This document shows, one piece after another, positions 29,468 to 38,957 of a stretch of 64,000 nt of DNA (its first letter is position 1; each line of letters opens with the position of its first letter). The notes beneath the pieces were generated by a model, which saw nothing but the letters and a program-made list of their open reading frames with translations, was not told the DNA's origin and ran no database searches. The translations under genes were made by a program, and so were the position numbers. The DNA comes from a virus (lineage: Duplodnaviria > Caudoviricetes), in the IMG/VR virus record IMGVR_UViG_3300021962_007611, positions 70-64,069 of that record; one strand, 5' to 3'.

Positions 29468-30058
29468 ATGCCAAGGACAAGTAACGTAAACGCAGGGCCA
29501 ATCGACAATGAGTATCCTGTCGCCGGCGTAGACAACGATACGCAGGGATTTAGGGACAATTTTACCTACATCAAGACTGCATTCGGTGCGACCAAAACAG
29601 AATTAGAAGAATTATTAAATTACACAGCCAGAACTGATGTTGACAACAGTTTTAACAGTAAAATTATTTCAAATGCTGTATTCAAACAGAATCAAAGCAG
29701 TCTAAACAACTATGGTACTGGATCTGGGGTTAGCAACCGGATCGATATTAATTTTGGAAATGCCGACTATCAAGTTTATAGACTAAACGATGATGTCACT
29801 TTTGAATTTGAAGGTTTTTCAAATGATAATGTGAACAAAGTAATAATCGAATTACTGTCCGACGGCGGTACTTATACTGTAGATTTTTTTACCGATGGCG
29901 CTTATCCTATCAAGAAAAGCAGCAACTTTCCAACATCATTGACTGTATCTAGTACCTCAAATCCAATATTGATCGAGATCATTACTAGAGCAAAAAGTCA
30001 AGATCCAGGTTCATTAGGAAGAACCGTGTTCCTTAACTATCTAGGGCAATTTGAATAA
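29468..30058 (+). CDS. putative virion structural protein
   Basis: YPVAGVDNDTQGFRDNF N-terminus; TAAATA at 29441 and GGAG SD. Confidence 0.65.
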   Translation: MPRTSNVNAGPIDNEYPVAGVDNDTQGFRDNFTYIKTAFGATKTELEELLNYTARTDVDNSFNSKIISNAVFKQNQSSLNNYGTGSGVSNRIDINFGNADYQVYRLNDDVTFEFEGFSNDNVNKVIIELLSDGGTYTVDFFTDGAYPIKKSSNFPTSLTVSSTSNPILIEIITRAKSQDPGSLGRTVFLNYLGQFE

Positions 30059-30297
30059 TGCTACATCCGCTTGAGGGAGATCTGAGTCAGTTAACGGATT
30101 CTGAGGTCGAATCCAAACTACATGAGTTGACTAGAAAATTTTATCAAGCATCTCGTTTGGGAAGCCAAGATCTATTGACACAACTGTCAACATTTGTTAC
30201 AATATATAAAGAAGAATTGCGTAAGCGACAGGCTAAAGCACTTTCTAACAATAATGTAACTAATGAGGACTTAGGTCAATTTATCAATGTCGATTAA
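30058..30297 (+). CDS. hypothetical coiled-coil protein
   Basis: 79 aa, TAATG coupling. Confidence 0.6.
   Translation: MLHPLEGDLSQLTDSEVESKLHELTRKFYQASRLGSQDLLTQLSTFVTIYKEELRKRQAKALSNNNVTNEDLGQFINVD
30175..30203 (+). promoter_or_regulatory. sigma70 promoter inside the upstream gene
   Basis: TTGACA-17 nt-TACAAT. Confidence 0.6.
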
Positions 30298-30760
30298 TAC
30301 AGACGAAAATTTATTACAGGGAATACTAAAGTTTGGTCCAGGAATCTTGGAACATTGCCTTGTAGATAAGAATAATCCAAATATTGAAAATTATTTAGAA
30401 AGGATAATGGAAGAAAAACTTCCTTATCCTTCTGTTCTTACGGAGGAGCCGAAACAAAGAAATTGGTTCATGCCAGCAGAATATCGAGATTTGGACATAG
30501 AGAGCTTCTTGGTAGATCAATGCCCGAAAGAGAACTACGATCGTCTCATTGAAGAATTAGAATTATATAAAAAACATGACATGCTAGACATACTCAAAGT
30601 CATGAAATATTTGGTAGATACACTGAGATCTAACAAAATAGTATGGGGAGTAGGTAGGGGAAGTTCCGTTTCTAGCTACTGTTTGTATCTAATAGGTATA
30701 CATAAGATAGATAGCGTTAAATATAAACTACCTATAACCGACTTCTTTAAAGGAGAATAA
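30287..30760 (+). CDS. stand-alone DnaE (Pol III alpha) fragment-like protein
   Basis: RLIEEL...WGVGRGSSVSSYCLYLIGIHKIDSVKY.L; ends before the PDID catalytic motif. Confidence 0.75.
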   Translation: MSINTDENLLQGILKFGPGILEHCLVDKNNPNIENYLERIMEEKLPYPSVLTEEPKQRNWFMPAEYRDLDIESFLVDQCPKENYDRLIEELELYKKHDMLDILKVMKYLVDTLRSNKIVWGVGRGSSVSSYCLYLIGIHKIDSVKYKLPITDFFKGE

Positions 30761-30761
30761 A

Positions 30762-30863
30762 ATGTCAAAACGAAATAGTCCGCAAAACGTAGCAAAAAGA
30801 CACGCCAAAAGAATGTTAGAAGGTAGAAAAGTGGCGAAAACAAGACTTAAAAAGAGGAAATAA
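30762..30863 (+). CDS. 33-aa highly basic peptide (not in the ORF track)
   Basis: AGGAG SD; MSKRNSPQNVAKRHAKRMLEGRKVAKTRLKKRK. Confidence 0.5.
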   Translation: MSKRNSPQNVAKRHAKRMLEGRKVAKTRLKKRK

Positions 30864-30865
30864 TC

Positions 30866-31087
30866 ATGGGAAAAACCTATAGAACTATGCAGGGCAAAGA
30901 AATTGATATGGAAAAACTAGCCCTATTAAACGAACTAACTCCAGCAGTAGGAAACGTTAGAGTTAACGCTCGAGGTGACGAATTAGGTCCAGGAGGCAAA
31001 ATCGTCCGATCACGAGAAGACATCGTGTCAGACTATTATGAAAAAAATCCTAAGAATGTAAGAGCAGAAAAAAAAGCTAAGGAATAA
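30866..31087 (+). CDS. hypothetical phage protein
   Basis: YRTMQGKEIDM...AVGNVRVNARGDELGPGG; GAGG SD. Confidence 0.7.
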   Translation: MGKTYRTMQGKEIDMEKLALLNELTPAVGNVRVNARGDELGPGGKIVRSREDIVSDYYEKNPKNVRAEKKAKE

Positions 31088-31088
31088 A

Positions 31089-31448
31089 ATGTCAGCTTTC
31101 GAACCTAAAAAAATAAAAATCAAAGCAATCCGCGATCATGTCATAGTCGCCGATATGGATTTTGGTGAACAAAAAACCAGCTCTGGTATTATTTTAAAGT
31201 CCGACGACGGAAAAGTTCATGGTATCAAATCTCGTTGGGGGAAAGTATATGCCGTGGGTCCTGAACAAGACGATGTTAAAGTAGGACAATGGGTCTTAGT
31301 AGAACACGGTAGATGGACCAGGGGCATGGAAATTGACGACGGCGATGGCGTAAAGACTATTCGTAAAGTCGAAACGAGTTCTATGCTGGCTGTTTCTGAT
31401 GAGCCACCAACTTCTGATGATCTTTTCATTCCTCTGGTAAACTCTTAA
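31089..31448 (+). CDS. groES: GroES-like co-chaperonin
   Basis: IRDHVIV, KTSSGIIL mobile loop, VYAVGP, VKVGQWV. Confidence 0.8.
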   Translation: MSAFEPKKIKIKAIRDHVIVADMDFGEQKTSSGIILKSDDGKVHGIKSRWGKVYAVGPEQDDVKVGQWVLVEHGRWTRGMEIDDGDGVKTIRKVETSSMLAVSDEPPTSDDLFIPLVNS

Positions 31449-31690
31449 TGGGCTTCAAGAAAAATTGGGACGCAGCTGATATAGCCAATCAGCTGCATTC
31501 TCTAGCAAGAGAATGTGCCAGTCCCTATAACGATGGATTCACATCGTTTGAATGTAAAAAAGATTTATACCTTATTAAAAAAATAGTCGACAGTGCTCTA
31601 GCCGATGCTCCTGATTTTGGTGAATTAGAACAACGTTGGTTAAAAGAGCAAGAACAAAAATCATTGATAAAAATTCTCAAGGAGTCATAA
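31448..31690 (+). CDS. hypothetical protein
   Basis: 80 aa, TAATG coupling on both sides. Confidence 0.6.
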   Translation: MGFKKNWDAADIANQLHSLARECASPYNDGFTSFECKKDLYLIKKIVDSALADAPDFGELEQRWLKEQEQKSLIKILKES

Positions 31691-32055
31691 TGACCAATCC
31701 ATTCCGGGATCAAGAAAAGTTCATGCGAGCTTGCGATCAAACAGTAGGTGATTTTAATCAAGATCAATTTAAACTTTATATCAAATTAATGGAAGAAGAG
31801 TGGAAAGAACTTAAAGTAGCCATTGATAATAATGATAGACTAGAAACACTAGACGCCCTTTTAGATTTCATTGTCGTCACTGTGGGTGCTATACACAGTG
31901 GAGGTTACGACGGTGAAGGCGGCTGGAAAGAAGTTATCGGTACCAACCTTGCTAAAATTGACAAAGAAACCGGCAAGGTGCGTAAGCGTGAAGATGGCAA
32001 GGTATTGAAACCTCTAGGATGGACACCACCGGATCTTAATCCCTATGTAAAATGA
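31690..32055 (+). CDS. MazG-like all-alpha NTP pyrophosphohydrolase
   Basis: EEEWKEL, LDALLD, NLAK, KREDGKVLKP. Confidence 0.8.
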   Translation: MTNPFRDQEKFMRACDQTVGDFNQDQFKLYIKLMEEEWKELKVAIDNNDRLETLDALLDFIVVTVGAIHSGGYDGEGGWKEVIGTNLAKIDKETGKVRKREDGKVLKPLGWTPPDLNPYVK

Positions 32056-32807
32056 AAAAATTAATACTGATAGCGATATCAGTATTAATGATTTCAACGG
32101 CCCATGCGAATGGGCCTTCTCATTTAGTACTTGATATCTCTGAAAAAGAAACTATATCATCTGTCGCCGATGATAAAGTTAGACCTATTGCGTCCATTAC
32201 TAAATTGATGACTGCTCTAATTATCGTAGAATCAAATATAACGATGAATGAGGAAGTTGACTACAAGGGCGGTATATGGCGAAGCAAGAGAGTAAAAAGA
32301 TCCGACCTCCTCGAATCGCTATTAATCAAAAGCGATAATCAGGCAGCAGAAGCATTAGCGGCATCCTTCCCCGGTGGTAAAGAGCTGTTTGTTGCTTTCA
32401 TGAATATCAAAGCTAAACAGCTAGGCATGAAAAACACACAGTTTGAGGATCCTAGTGGGTTGGGAAGTCATAACTTAAGTACAGCTAGGGATCTCGCTAT
32501 TTTGGTAATAAAGGCCTACGAGCATCCAGAAATTAGTAATACATCGTCATCTAAATTTTTCAAAGTAGAAATCAAAAAGAAAAGAAAAATTACCTATATG
32601 TCAGTCGGTAACACCAATAATGCGTTGTTAAATTTATTCGATAATATCACTTTGAGCAAAACTGGATATACAAATCCTGCGGGACGCTGTTTGGCATTAA
32701 TAGTTGAGAAAAATAATAAAAAGTATGCTATAATAATACTAGGAGAAAGAACTTCTGGCGATAGATTTTATCGTGCTAGAAATTTAATTAATATGGTATC
32801 AGAATGA
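32052..32807 (+). CDS. peptidase S11 D-Ala-D-Ala carboxy/endopeptidase (PBP7-like)
   Basis: Signal peptide; ASITKLMTA (SxxK), SDN, KTGYT. Confidence 0.9.
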   Translation: MKKLILIAISVLMISTAHANGPSHLVLDISEKETISSVADDKVRPIASITKLMTALIIVESNITMNEEVDYKGGIWRSKRVKRSDLLESLLIKSDNQAAEALAASFPGGKELFVAFMNIKAKQLGMKNTQFEDPSGLGSHNLSTARDLAILVIKAYEHPEISNTSSSKFFKVEIKKKRKITYMSVGNTNNALLNLFDNITLSKTGYTNPAGRCLALIVEKNNKKYAIIILGERTSGDRFYRARNLINMVSE

Positions 32808-33238
32808 AAAAAGGTTTTACATGTTCAACATTTGATCTGTTTCACGCAGGTCATATAATGATGCTCAAAGAAGCAAAGACCCAATGCGATTATCTAATCG
32901 TAGGTCTTCAAACTGATCCAACTATCGATCGTCCAACCGAAAAAAATAAACCAATCCAAAGTATATTCGAACGATATGAGCAGCTCAAAGCCTGTAAGTA
33001 TATTGACGAAATCCTAGTCTACGAAACAGAACAAGATCTTGTAAACATCTTGCTTTCTTATCCTATTAATGTTAGAATACTAGGTGAAGAATATGAAAAT
33101 AAGAATTTCACTGGACGAAACGAATGTTACGATCGAGGTATTGAGCTGTATTTTAACAAAAGAGAACATAATTTTTCAACCAGTGAATTGCGGCAGAGAG
33201 TGATTGCTGCCGAAGTTAACAAGGGATTAAAACAATGA
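32804..33238 (+). CDS. TagD-like cytidylyltransferase
   Basis: TFDLFHAGH, LIVGLQTD, STSEL. Confidence 0.85.
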   Translation: MKKGFTCSTFDLFHAGHIMMLKEAKTQCDYLIVGLQTDPTIDRPTEKNKPIQSIFERYEQLKACKYIDEILVYETEQDLVNILLSYPINVRILGEEYENKNFTGRNECYDRGIELYFNKREHNFSTSELRQRVIAAEVNKGLKQ

Positions 33239-34155
33239 AAGAACTATGGGTAGAAAAGTATCGACCTAAAAGCATTGATGGGTATGTGTTTAGAGACGGC
33301 CATCAACGCAAACAAGTAGAGACATGGATCAAAGATAAGAGCTTGCCGCATCTGCTACTCAGCGGTAGTGCCGGAATTGGTAAGACTACCCTAGCTAAAA
33401 TTCTTATCAATGAGATAGGTATCGAAGAATATGACATTTTAGAAATCAACGCATCACGTACTAACAGCGTTGAAGATGTCCGAGACAAAATTACTAACTT
33501 TGTTCAAATGATTCCGTTTGGACCTTTTAAGGTGGTGTTATTAGATGAAGCTGATTATCTTAGTCCGAATGCTCAGGCAGCGTTACGTGGGGTCATGGAG
33601 GAGTATCACTCAACTGCTCGTTTCATCCTCACCTGTAACTACCCTAATCGCATTATCCCTGCTTTACATTCACGATGTCAAGGATTTCACGTTGAGCGAA
33701 CGGATCTTACTGAGTTTACCGCTCGTGTTGCTACTATTCTTGTTGAAGAGACTGTGGAGTTCGATCTTGAAACGTTAGACAATTATGTCAAAGTAACTTA
33801 TCCCGATCTTAGAAAATGTATCAATCTTATTCAACAAAACGTCCAAGAAGGAAAACTCTTGGCTCCTAACAAAGGAGATCAAGGCGAATCTGACTGGAAG
33901 TTCGATATGGTCGAGTTATTCAAGGCAGGAAAAATCGCAGAAGCACGTAAAATGCTCTGCGGCAAGTTACGTGCTGAAGAAATGGAAGAAGTCTATCGTT
34001 GGCTTTATGATAATCTCACTATCTTCGGTGACGAACAAAAACAAGATTCTGCTATCCTTATTATCAAACAAGGATTAGTAGATCATACATTAATCTCCGA
34101 TCCGGAGATTAATCTCAGTGCCACTCTAGTTAAACTAGCAAAATTAACAGCATGA
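33235..34155 (+). CDS. clamp loader AAA+ subunit (RFC-small/gp44-like)
   Basis: WVEKYRP, GSAGIGKTT, EINAS, LLDEAD, SRC. Confidence 0.92.
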   Translation: MKELWVEKYRPKSIDGYVFRDGHQRKQVETWIKDKSLPHLLLSGSAGIGKTTLAKILINEIGIEEYDILEINASRTNSVEDVRDKITNFVQMIPFGPFKVVLLDEADYLSPNAQAALRGVMEEYHSTARFILTCNYPNRIIPALHSRCQGFHVERTDLTEFTARVATILVEETVEFDLETLDNYVKVTYPDLRKCINLIQQNVQEGKLLAPNKGDQGESDWKFDMVELFKAGKIAEARKMLCGKLRAEEMEEVYRWLYDNLTIFGDEQKQDSAILIIKQGLVDHTLISDPEINLSATLVKLAKLTA

Positions 34156-34667
34156 AACAAAAATTCATAGACCTTTACATGGATTGGGCTAAGAGAGTTT
34201 CTGAACTTAGTCATGCCAAAAGACTTCATGTCGGTGCTGTGATTGTAAAAGACGATATCGTGATTAGCTACGGCTACAATGGCATGCCAGCTGGTTGGGA
34301 TAACAACTGCGAAGATAAGGAATGGATGGATCGAAGTGCTGGGGGTTGGTTAAACCCCGACGAGATCTATGAACGTTGGCCCTATGTTGAATACAACGAA
34401 GATGCTGAAGAAGAATATCGATATCGTTTAAAAACTAAACCAGAGGTATTACATGCGGAATCTAATGCGATTGCCAAACTGGCTCGATCTCAGAACAGTG
34501 GTCTGGGTGCTACTATGTTTGTTACCCACGCTCCATGTATGGAGTGTGCCAAACTTATATACCAAAGTGGTATTAGCAGTGTTCTATATCGGGACGCTTA
34601 TCGTGATGTTAGCGGTGTCGAGTTTCTTGAAAAGTCGGGGATCTCAGTCGAAAAGGTAGAAAATTGA
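34152..34667 (+). CDS. dCMP deaminase
   Basis: GYNGMP, HAESNAI, PCMEC. Confidence 0.9.
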   Translation: MKQKFIDLYMDWAKRVSELSHAKRLHVGAVIVKDDIVISYGYNGMPAGWDNNCEDKEWMDRSAGGWLNPDEIYERWPYVEYNEDAEEEYRYRLKTKPEVLHAESNAIAKLARSQNSGLGATMFVTHAPCMECAKLIYQSGISSVLYRDAYRDVSGVEFLEKSGISVEKVEN

Positions 34668-34903
34668 AATACAGATATATGCTAGTTTCCTATCACCAGC
34701 GGGGTGATGGAAAATACAATGAACTCACAGAATTTAAAAATGTGTTAAAATTAAAGCATAGGCATCATGCTAAGGTCATCCTTGACCTTAAGAAAAAAGA
34801 AATACTTAAAAACGAAATGAACTCCAACGCATCTTTTAATGATATGTTGGAGTTCTACAAAAAAGTTATAGGTCCTATGTTGCTTGATTACCTCCCGTCA
34901 TAA
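34664..34903 (+). CDS. hypothetical protein
   Basis: 79 aa, TTGA overlap. Confidence 0.5.
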   Translation: MKYRYMLVSYHQRGDGKYNELTEFKNVLKLKHRHHAKVILDLKKKEILKNEMNSNASFNDMLEFYKKVIGPMLLDYLPS

Positions 34904-35628
34904 TCACCATAGATAGCTAAAATTTCTTTTACAGCCTGATGTCTTTCAACATCTTCGACACTAAATTGACAAATGTCAACGTGTCTATGATTCTTAAAAT
35001 TATCATATAGCTTTAGAAATTCAAGCAGCCCGTTTGATGCTGGCCTGTCTGCCTGCTGTAAATCTCCTGTAACGACCATCCGTGAACCGTCGCCTAATCT
35101 AGTTAATAACATCTTCATCTGGCTTGGAGTTGCATTCTGCATCTCGTCAGCGATAATAAAGCTCTTTTTAAATGTTCGTCCTCTCATATATGCTAAAGGA
35201 CTGATCTCAATCACCCCCTCTTTGATAAAATTTTCTATTTCTTTAGCATAATAGTATTCTTCGAATACATCAAAAATCGGGCGTGTCCAAGGTTCCATCT
35301 TTTGCTGTAGAGTTCCTGGTAGGAATCCATGCTGCTCGTCCACGCTTACAGCAGGTCGAGTAACCACAATCTTGTCAATCTCCCCTTCTTGAAACAGTTT
35401 AACTGCCCATTGGCAGGCAAGCATGGTTTTGCCCGTGCCCGCAGGTCCTATGGCAAATACTATGTTTTTCTGTTCTTCTTGGAGTTTTAAGAGATAATTC
35501 TCTTGATTGAGGTTTTTAGGATATATCAGTACCCTGTTTTTCTTTTTCGGAAGGAATTTATTTATTTGAACTACGTTATCATGCTCTTGTACAGCTAGAT
35601 TTTTGACTGATTTTCTTTGTTTTCTCAA
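34888..35628 (-). CDS. phoH: PhoH-like ATPase
   Basis: GPAGTGKT, TRPAV, GFLPG, YMRGRT, DEMQN, TGDLQQ; TTG start 35628 after AGGAGG. Confidence 0.92.
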   Translation of the reverse strand: MRKQRKSVKNLAVQEHDNVVQINKFLPKKKNRVLIYPKNLNQENYLLKLQEEQKNIVFAIGPAGTGKTMLACQWAVKLFQEGEIDKIVVTRPAVSVDEQHGFLPGTLQQKMEPWTRPIFDVFEEYYYAKEIENFIKEGVIEISPLAYMRGRTFKKSFIIADEMQNATPSQMKMLLTRLGDGSRMVVTGDLQQADRPASNGLLEFLKLYDNFKNHRHVDICQFSVEDVERHQAVKEILAIYGDYDGR

Positions 35629-35648
35629 AGGATAGCCTCCTAATAAAA

Positions 35649-35691
35649 TGTTCGGCACGGACCTTTCAACCGTTGTGTCCGTGACCGAACA
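35649..35691 (-). promoter_or_regulatory. 14-bp bulged hairpin in the phoH 5' leader
   Basis: tgttcgg-cacggac / gtccgtg-a-ccgaaca between a TAAATA box (35698-35703) and the SD. Confidence 0.5.
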
Positions 35692-35772
35692 CAAAAGTAT
35701 TTAAGAATAATTTCAAAAAATAATAACTTAAGATAATTTTTCTGCGATAAATACTATTGGAGACAAAAAGCT

Positions 35773-36291
35773 ATGCGTGACACCCGCGAAATACTACAAA
35801 ATATCGAGAATATCTATGGGTCAAATAACAGCCTTAATATCCTAAAGGATTTTGAGCGTGTTTTAGACGAACTAGATCTCTATGTTTATGAGAACTGGAT
35901 TGACGGTGAGCTCATCGAGGGACCCGAAGAATCTAGATACTTTATTACCTGTAAATTTATGTGGCCGGAAAAGAAAATGCCTAATCCTAAAGGAGGCATG
36001 CGCCTGCTAGATTACGGATGCAGAGTATTCTTTGAGTTAGATGAAGTTGCTGAAGTTAGAAAAATTAAGACACCCGACGATATCCGCCCGGGCACTAAGC
36101 AAGGCAAAATAGATCATAAACCTGTTTGGATCATAGAAATCCGTATGCCTAAAAAATTAATGTTTGATATTAATAAGGGATACAGGAACCTCACTAAGAA
36201 TAAAGTCGAAAGTCCGCTAGCAGGAGTTACCACTGCTGTTCCTCCATCACAACAAAGTCAGGTTGAACCAGCAGAAGGGGAAACACAATAA
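35773..36291 (+). CDS. hypothetical late protein
   Basis: 172 aa; TAAATA at 35748 and GGAG SD. Confidence 0.75.
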   Translation: MRDTREILQNIENIYGSNNSLNILKDFERVLDELDLYVYENWIDGELIEGPEESRYFITCKFMWPEKKMPNPKGGMRLLDYGCRVFFELDEVAEVRKIKTPDDIRPGTKQGKIDHKPVWIIEIRMPKKLMFDINKGYRNLTKNKVESPLAGVTTAVPPSQQSQVEPAEGETQ

Positions 36292-37034
36292 TGACACATT
36301 TAAAAGAAGGGCTTAGACCCGATGACTTAGCAGATATGATTTTCGATAACATCGAAATTGACTCTTTTAAAAGTAAGATGGGCGAGGACAGAGATGTCTG
36401 TGTCGTATCTTTTAAAGCTAGAGAAAGAGGACCTGCTAGAGACATGATGGAATTCATCGAAAAAGGTTATAACTTTGTATTAGATGCCGATGTCAGTTCC
36501 GGTGAGGATCGTAACGGTTACTATCACATATTTGTTGAACTTAAGAGGACTCCAGCACTTTATAATCAGATTAATGAATTAATCGACGGTGTAAAGCGTC
36601 TAACTGCTATCAACGAATGGAAATTTAGATATCATAGAAATAATCGTTTTCAGCCCTTGGATGAAAATACATTAAGAGCAGCGATACCCGGAACACCGGA
36701 CGCCTACGACATGATGACAGAAAATATTAGAGTAGAAAGTATTAAAAAATTCTTCTCTAAGACTTTTAAAAATGAACTGGTCGTTGAAGGTAATAAAATT
36801 ACTATCACTAAACCATTTGGTTCTAAGTTTTCATTTAACTTAATCGATTTCGGTTCAGCAGATGATCTACAGGTAAAAATCACAGAAACTGTTAAGATTG
36901 ATACAAAAAGCATGGCTGAAGTAATGTGGCTAACTAAAGTCTTGGGAGACTTTAACATTACAAAATATGGCGATCAATTCGTCCTTGAGGACGGAAAAAA
37001 GTCCATGATCATTAAAATGGAGGAGCAACAATGA
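36291..37034 (+). CDS. hypothetical late protein
   Basis: 247 aa; MTHLKE leader, IEKGY.FVLDADVS block. Confidence 0.75.
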   Translation: MTHLKEGLRPDDLADMIFDNIEIDSFKSKMGEDRDVCVVSFKARERGPARDMMEFIEKGYNFVLDADVSSGEDRNGYYHIFVELKRTPALYNQINELIDGVKRLTAINEWKFRYHRNNRFQPLDENTLRAAIPGTPDAYDMMTENIRVESIKKFFSKTFKNELVVEGNKITITKPFGSKFSFNLIDFGSADDLQVKITETVKIDTKSMAEVMWLTKVLGDFNITKYGDQFVLEDGKKSMIIKMEEQQ

Positions 37035-37660
37035 GTTTTACATTCGAATTTACCAAAGCACAACTAAAAGAAATGATTGGAAACAATCCTTATCTAGATA
37101 ATTGGCATAGTGCTCTAAGTGAAATTCTTCCTGAATACGAAATCAACACCCCCGAACGTGTAGCGGCATTCATTGCTCAATGTGCTCACGAAAGCGGTGG
37201 TTTTAAATTCTTAAAAGAAAATCTAAATTACAAAGCACCAAGCCTAAGAAAAGTCTTTCCTAAATATTTTCCAGACGATGCTATCGCTGCCGAATACGCA
37301 AACAAGCAAGAAAAAATTGCTAACAGAGTCTATGCTAATCGCATGGGCAACGGCGACGAAGCAAGCGGTGACGGTTGGAGATTCTGCGGACGTGGACTCA
37401 TTCAGTTAACCGGCAAAAACAATTACACCTTCTTTGCTGCCAGCTTAGATATGAAAGTAGAAGACGTTCCCGAATACCTCGGAACATTTGAAGGTGCTGT
37501 ACAATCAGCTTGTTTCTTCTGGGAACAAAACAATCTAAACCAATGGGCGGATAAGAGAGATATCTTAACATTAACAAAACGCATTAACGGTGGCACTATT
37601 GGACTTGAAGATCGTCAGAAACATTATAATCATGCTCTTCATGTCTTAGGAGTTCACTAA
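37031..37660 (+). CDS. endolysin, glycoside hydrolase family 19
   Basis: AFIAQCAHESGGF, ENLNY, GRGLIQLTGK.NY, TKRINGG. Confidence 0.92.
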   Translation: MSFTFEFTKAQLKEMIGNNPYLDNWHSALSEILPEYEINTPERVAAFIAQCAHESGGFKFLKENLNYKAPSLRKVFPKYFPDDAIAAEYANKQEKIANRVYANRMGNGDEASGDGWRFCGRGLIQLTGKNNYTFFAASLDMKVEDVPEYLGTFEGAVQSACFFWEQNNLNQWADKRDILTLTKRINGGTIGLEDRQKHYNHALHVLGVH

Positions 37661-37661
37661 G

Positions 37662-38129
37662 ATGTGGCTGACTGGATGGATGCTGAGCTTTATTCCAGAC
37701 AGCATATTCTTATGGATATCGTATGGATTAATGGCAATAGGCATTGGGCTATACATCCTTAGCAAGGTAATCAAATGGTTACCTTTGTTAAGCCAATATA
37801 AGTTTCCAGCAGAAATTCTCGGAGTAATAGTATTAGTTGTTGGATCGTATGTTTTCGGAAGCTATGGTACCGAAATGGTCTGGAGAGAACGTGTTAGAGA
37901 GTTAGAAGAAAAAGTCGCTAAGGCCGAAGCAGAATCTAAAAAAACTAACGTAATCATCAAAGAAAAAATCGTAAACAAGATAAAAGAAATTAAAGTTTAT
38001 CAAGACAGGATTAAAGAAGTGATCGTTGAAAAAGAAAAAATCATTGACGCACAATGTAAAGTTCCTGATGAGGCGTTAGAAATTTTAAATCAAAGTGCCG
38101 CGGGCGTTGCCGAAGGAGATAAGAAATGA
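37662..38129 (+). CDS. putative inner-membrane spanin (Rz-like)
   Basis: N-terminal TM segments, coiled coil and a C-terminal Cys; follows the endolysin. Confidence 0.6.
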   Translation: MWLTGWMLSFIPDSIFLWISYGLMAIGIGLYILSKVIKWLPLLSQYKFPAEILGVIVLVVGSYVFGSYGTEMVWRERVRELEEKVAKAEAESKKTNVIIKEKIVNKIKEIKVYQDRIKEVIVEKEKIIDAQCKVPDEALEILNQSAAGVAEGDKK

Positions 38130-38398
38130 AACTCTTATTAGCATTCATTCCCGCATTATTGTTAACAGGTTGCTTTACTACTACTGTTCCTGTAAAACGT
38201 AACTTTCCTGAAGTTCCGTCTGAGCTAATGACCGCTTGCCCGGATTTAAAGAAAGTAGATAAAGGAACTGAACAACTAAGCAAGGTAATAACTGTAGTGA
38301 CTGAAAATTATACACAGTATCATGAGTGTCGTGTAAAAGTTGATAATTGGATACTATGGTATGATTCTCAAAAAAAGATTTTTGATGAAGTAAAATAA
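38126..38398 (+). CDS. putative outer-membrane spanin lipoprotein (Rz1-like)
   Basis: Lipobox LLTGC; Pro-rich segment with ACP and ECR. Confidence 0.7.
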   Translation: MKLLLAFIPALLLTGCFTTTVPVKRNFPEVPSELMTACPDLKKVDKGTEQLSKVITVVTENYTQYHECRVKVDNWILWYDSQKKIFDEVK

Positions 38399-38404
38399 TC
38401 AAAA

Positions 38405-38707
38405 ATGGAGCGGCAAATGACGGGTATAACAGATCTAGACAAGGATGGAAAAATCAGCAAGAAGGACATTGAGAACAGCGGAGCTTCTCTAGAATTAGAA
38501 CTACGAGAAGAAAAAGCCGATGCTCATAGAAAAATGGCCTGGACAGCGATTATTTCTATCATCGCAGTAACGATTGTAGTTATGTCCCCGGGCGTATCCG
38601 ACTCAAGGGTTCAAGCATTAGGAGATCTGCTAGGGCTATTTTATATTGCCATGGCTAGTATTGTAGGTGCTTATATGGGAGTAACTGCTTGGATGAGCAG
38701 AAAATAA
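38405..38707 (+). CDS. holin-like two-TM protein with EF-hand-like N-terminus
   Basis: DLDKDGKISKKD; two hydrophobic helices; lysis context. Confidence 0.5.
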   Translation: MERQMTGITDLDKDGKISKKDIENSGASLELELREEKADAHRKMAWTAIISIIAVTIVVMSPGVSDSRVQALGDLLGLFYIAMASIVGAYMGVTAWMSRK

Positions 38708-38721
38708 TTTAAGGAGTGTTT

Positions 38722-38949
38722 ATGAAACATTTAATTTTTATTGCAGGTTTGGCACTAGCGGTAGCGTATCCTTCCTATGCCGCTGAAGAAAAGAAAGAAG
38801 CAGAAACTGCTAAAGTATGCATCGACATACAGGGAAAGGACGGAAAACCTGTAATCGATCCAAAGACTAAAAAACCAAAACAGGAATGTAAAACTGTTAA
38901 GAAACATCAAAAGCATGAAGGTACAAAAGTTCCTGACGGAAAAAAGTAA
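38722..38949 (+). CDS. small secreted basic protein
   Basis: Signal peptide ending SYA; two Cys; AAGGAG SD. Confidence 0.65.
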   Translation: MKHLIFIAGLALAVAYPSYAAEEKKEAETAKVCIDIQGKDGKPVIDPKTKKPKQECKTVKKHQKHEGTKVPDGKK

Positions 38950-38957
38950 TTCTATTT

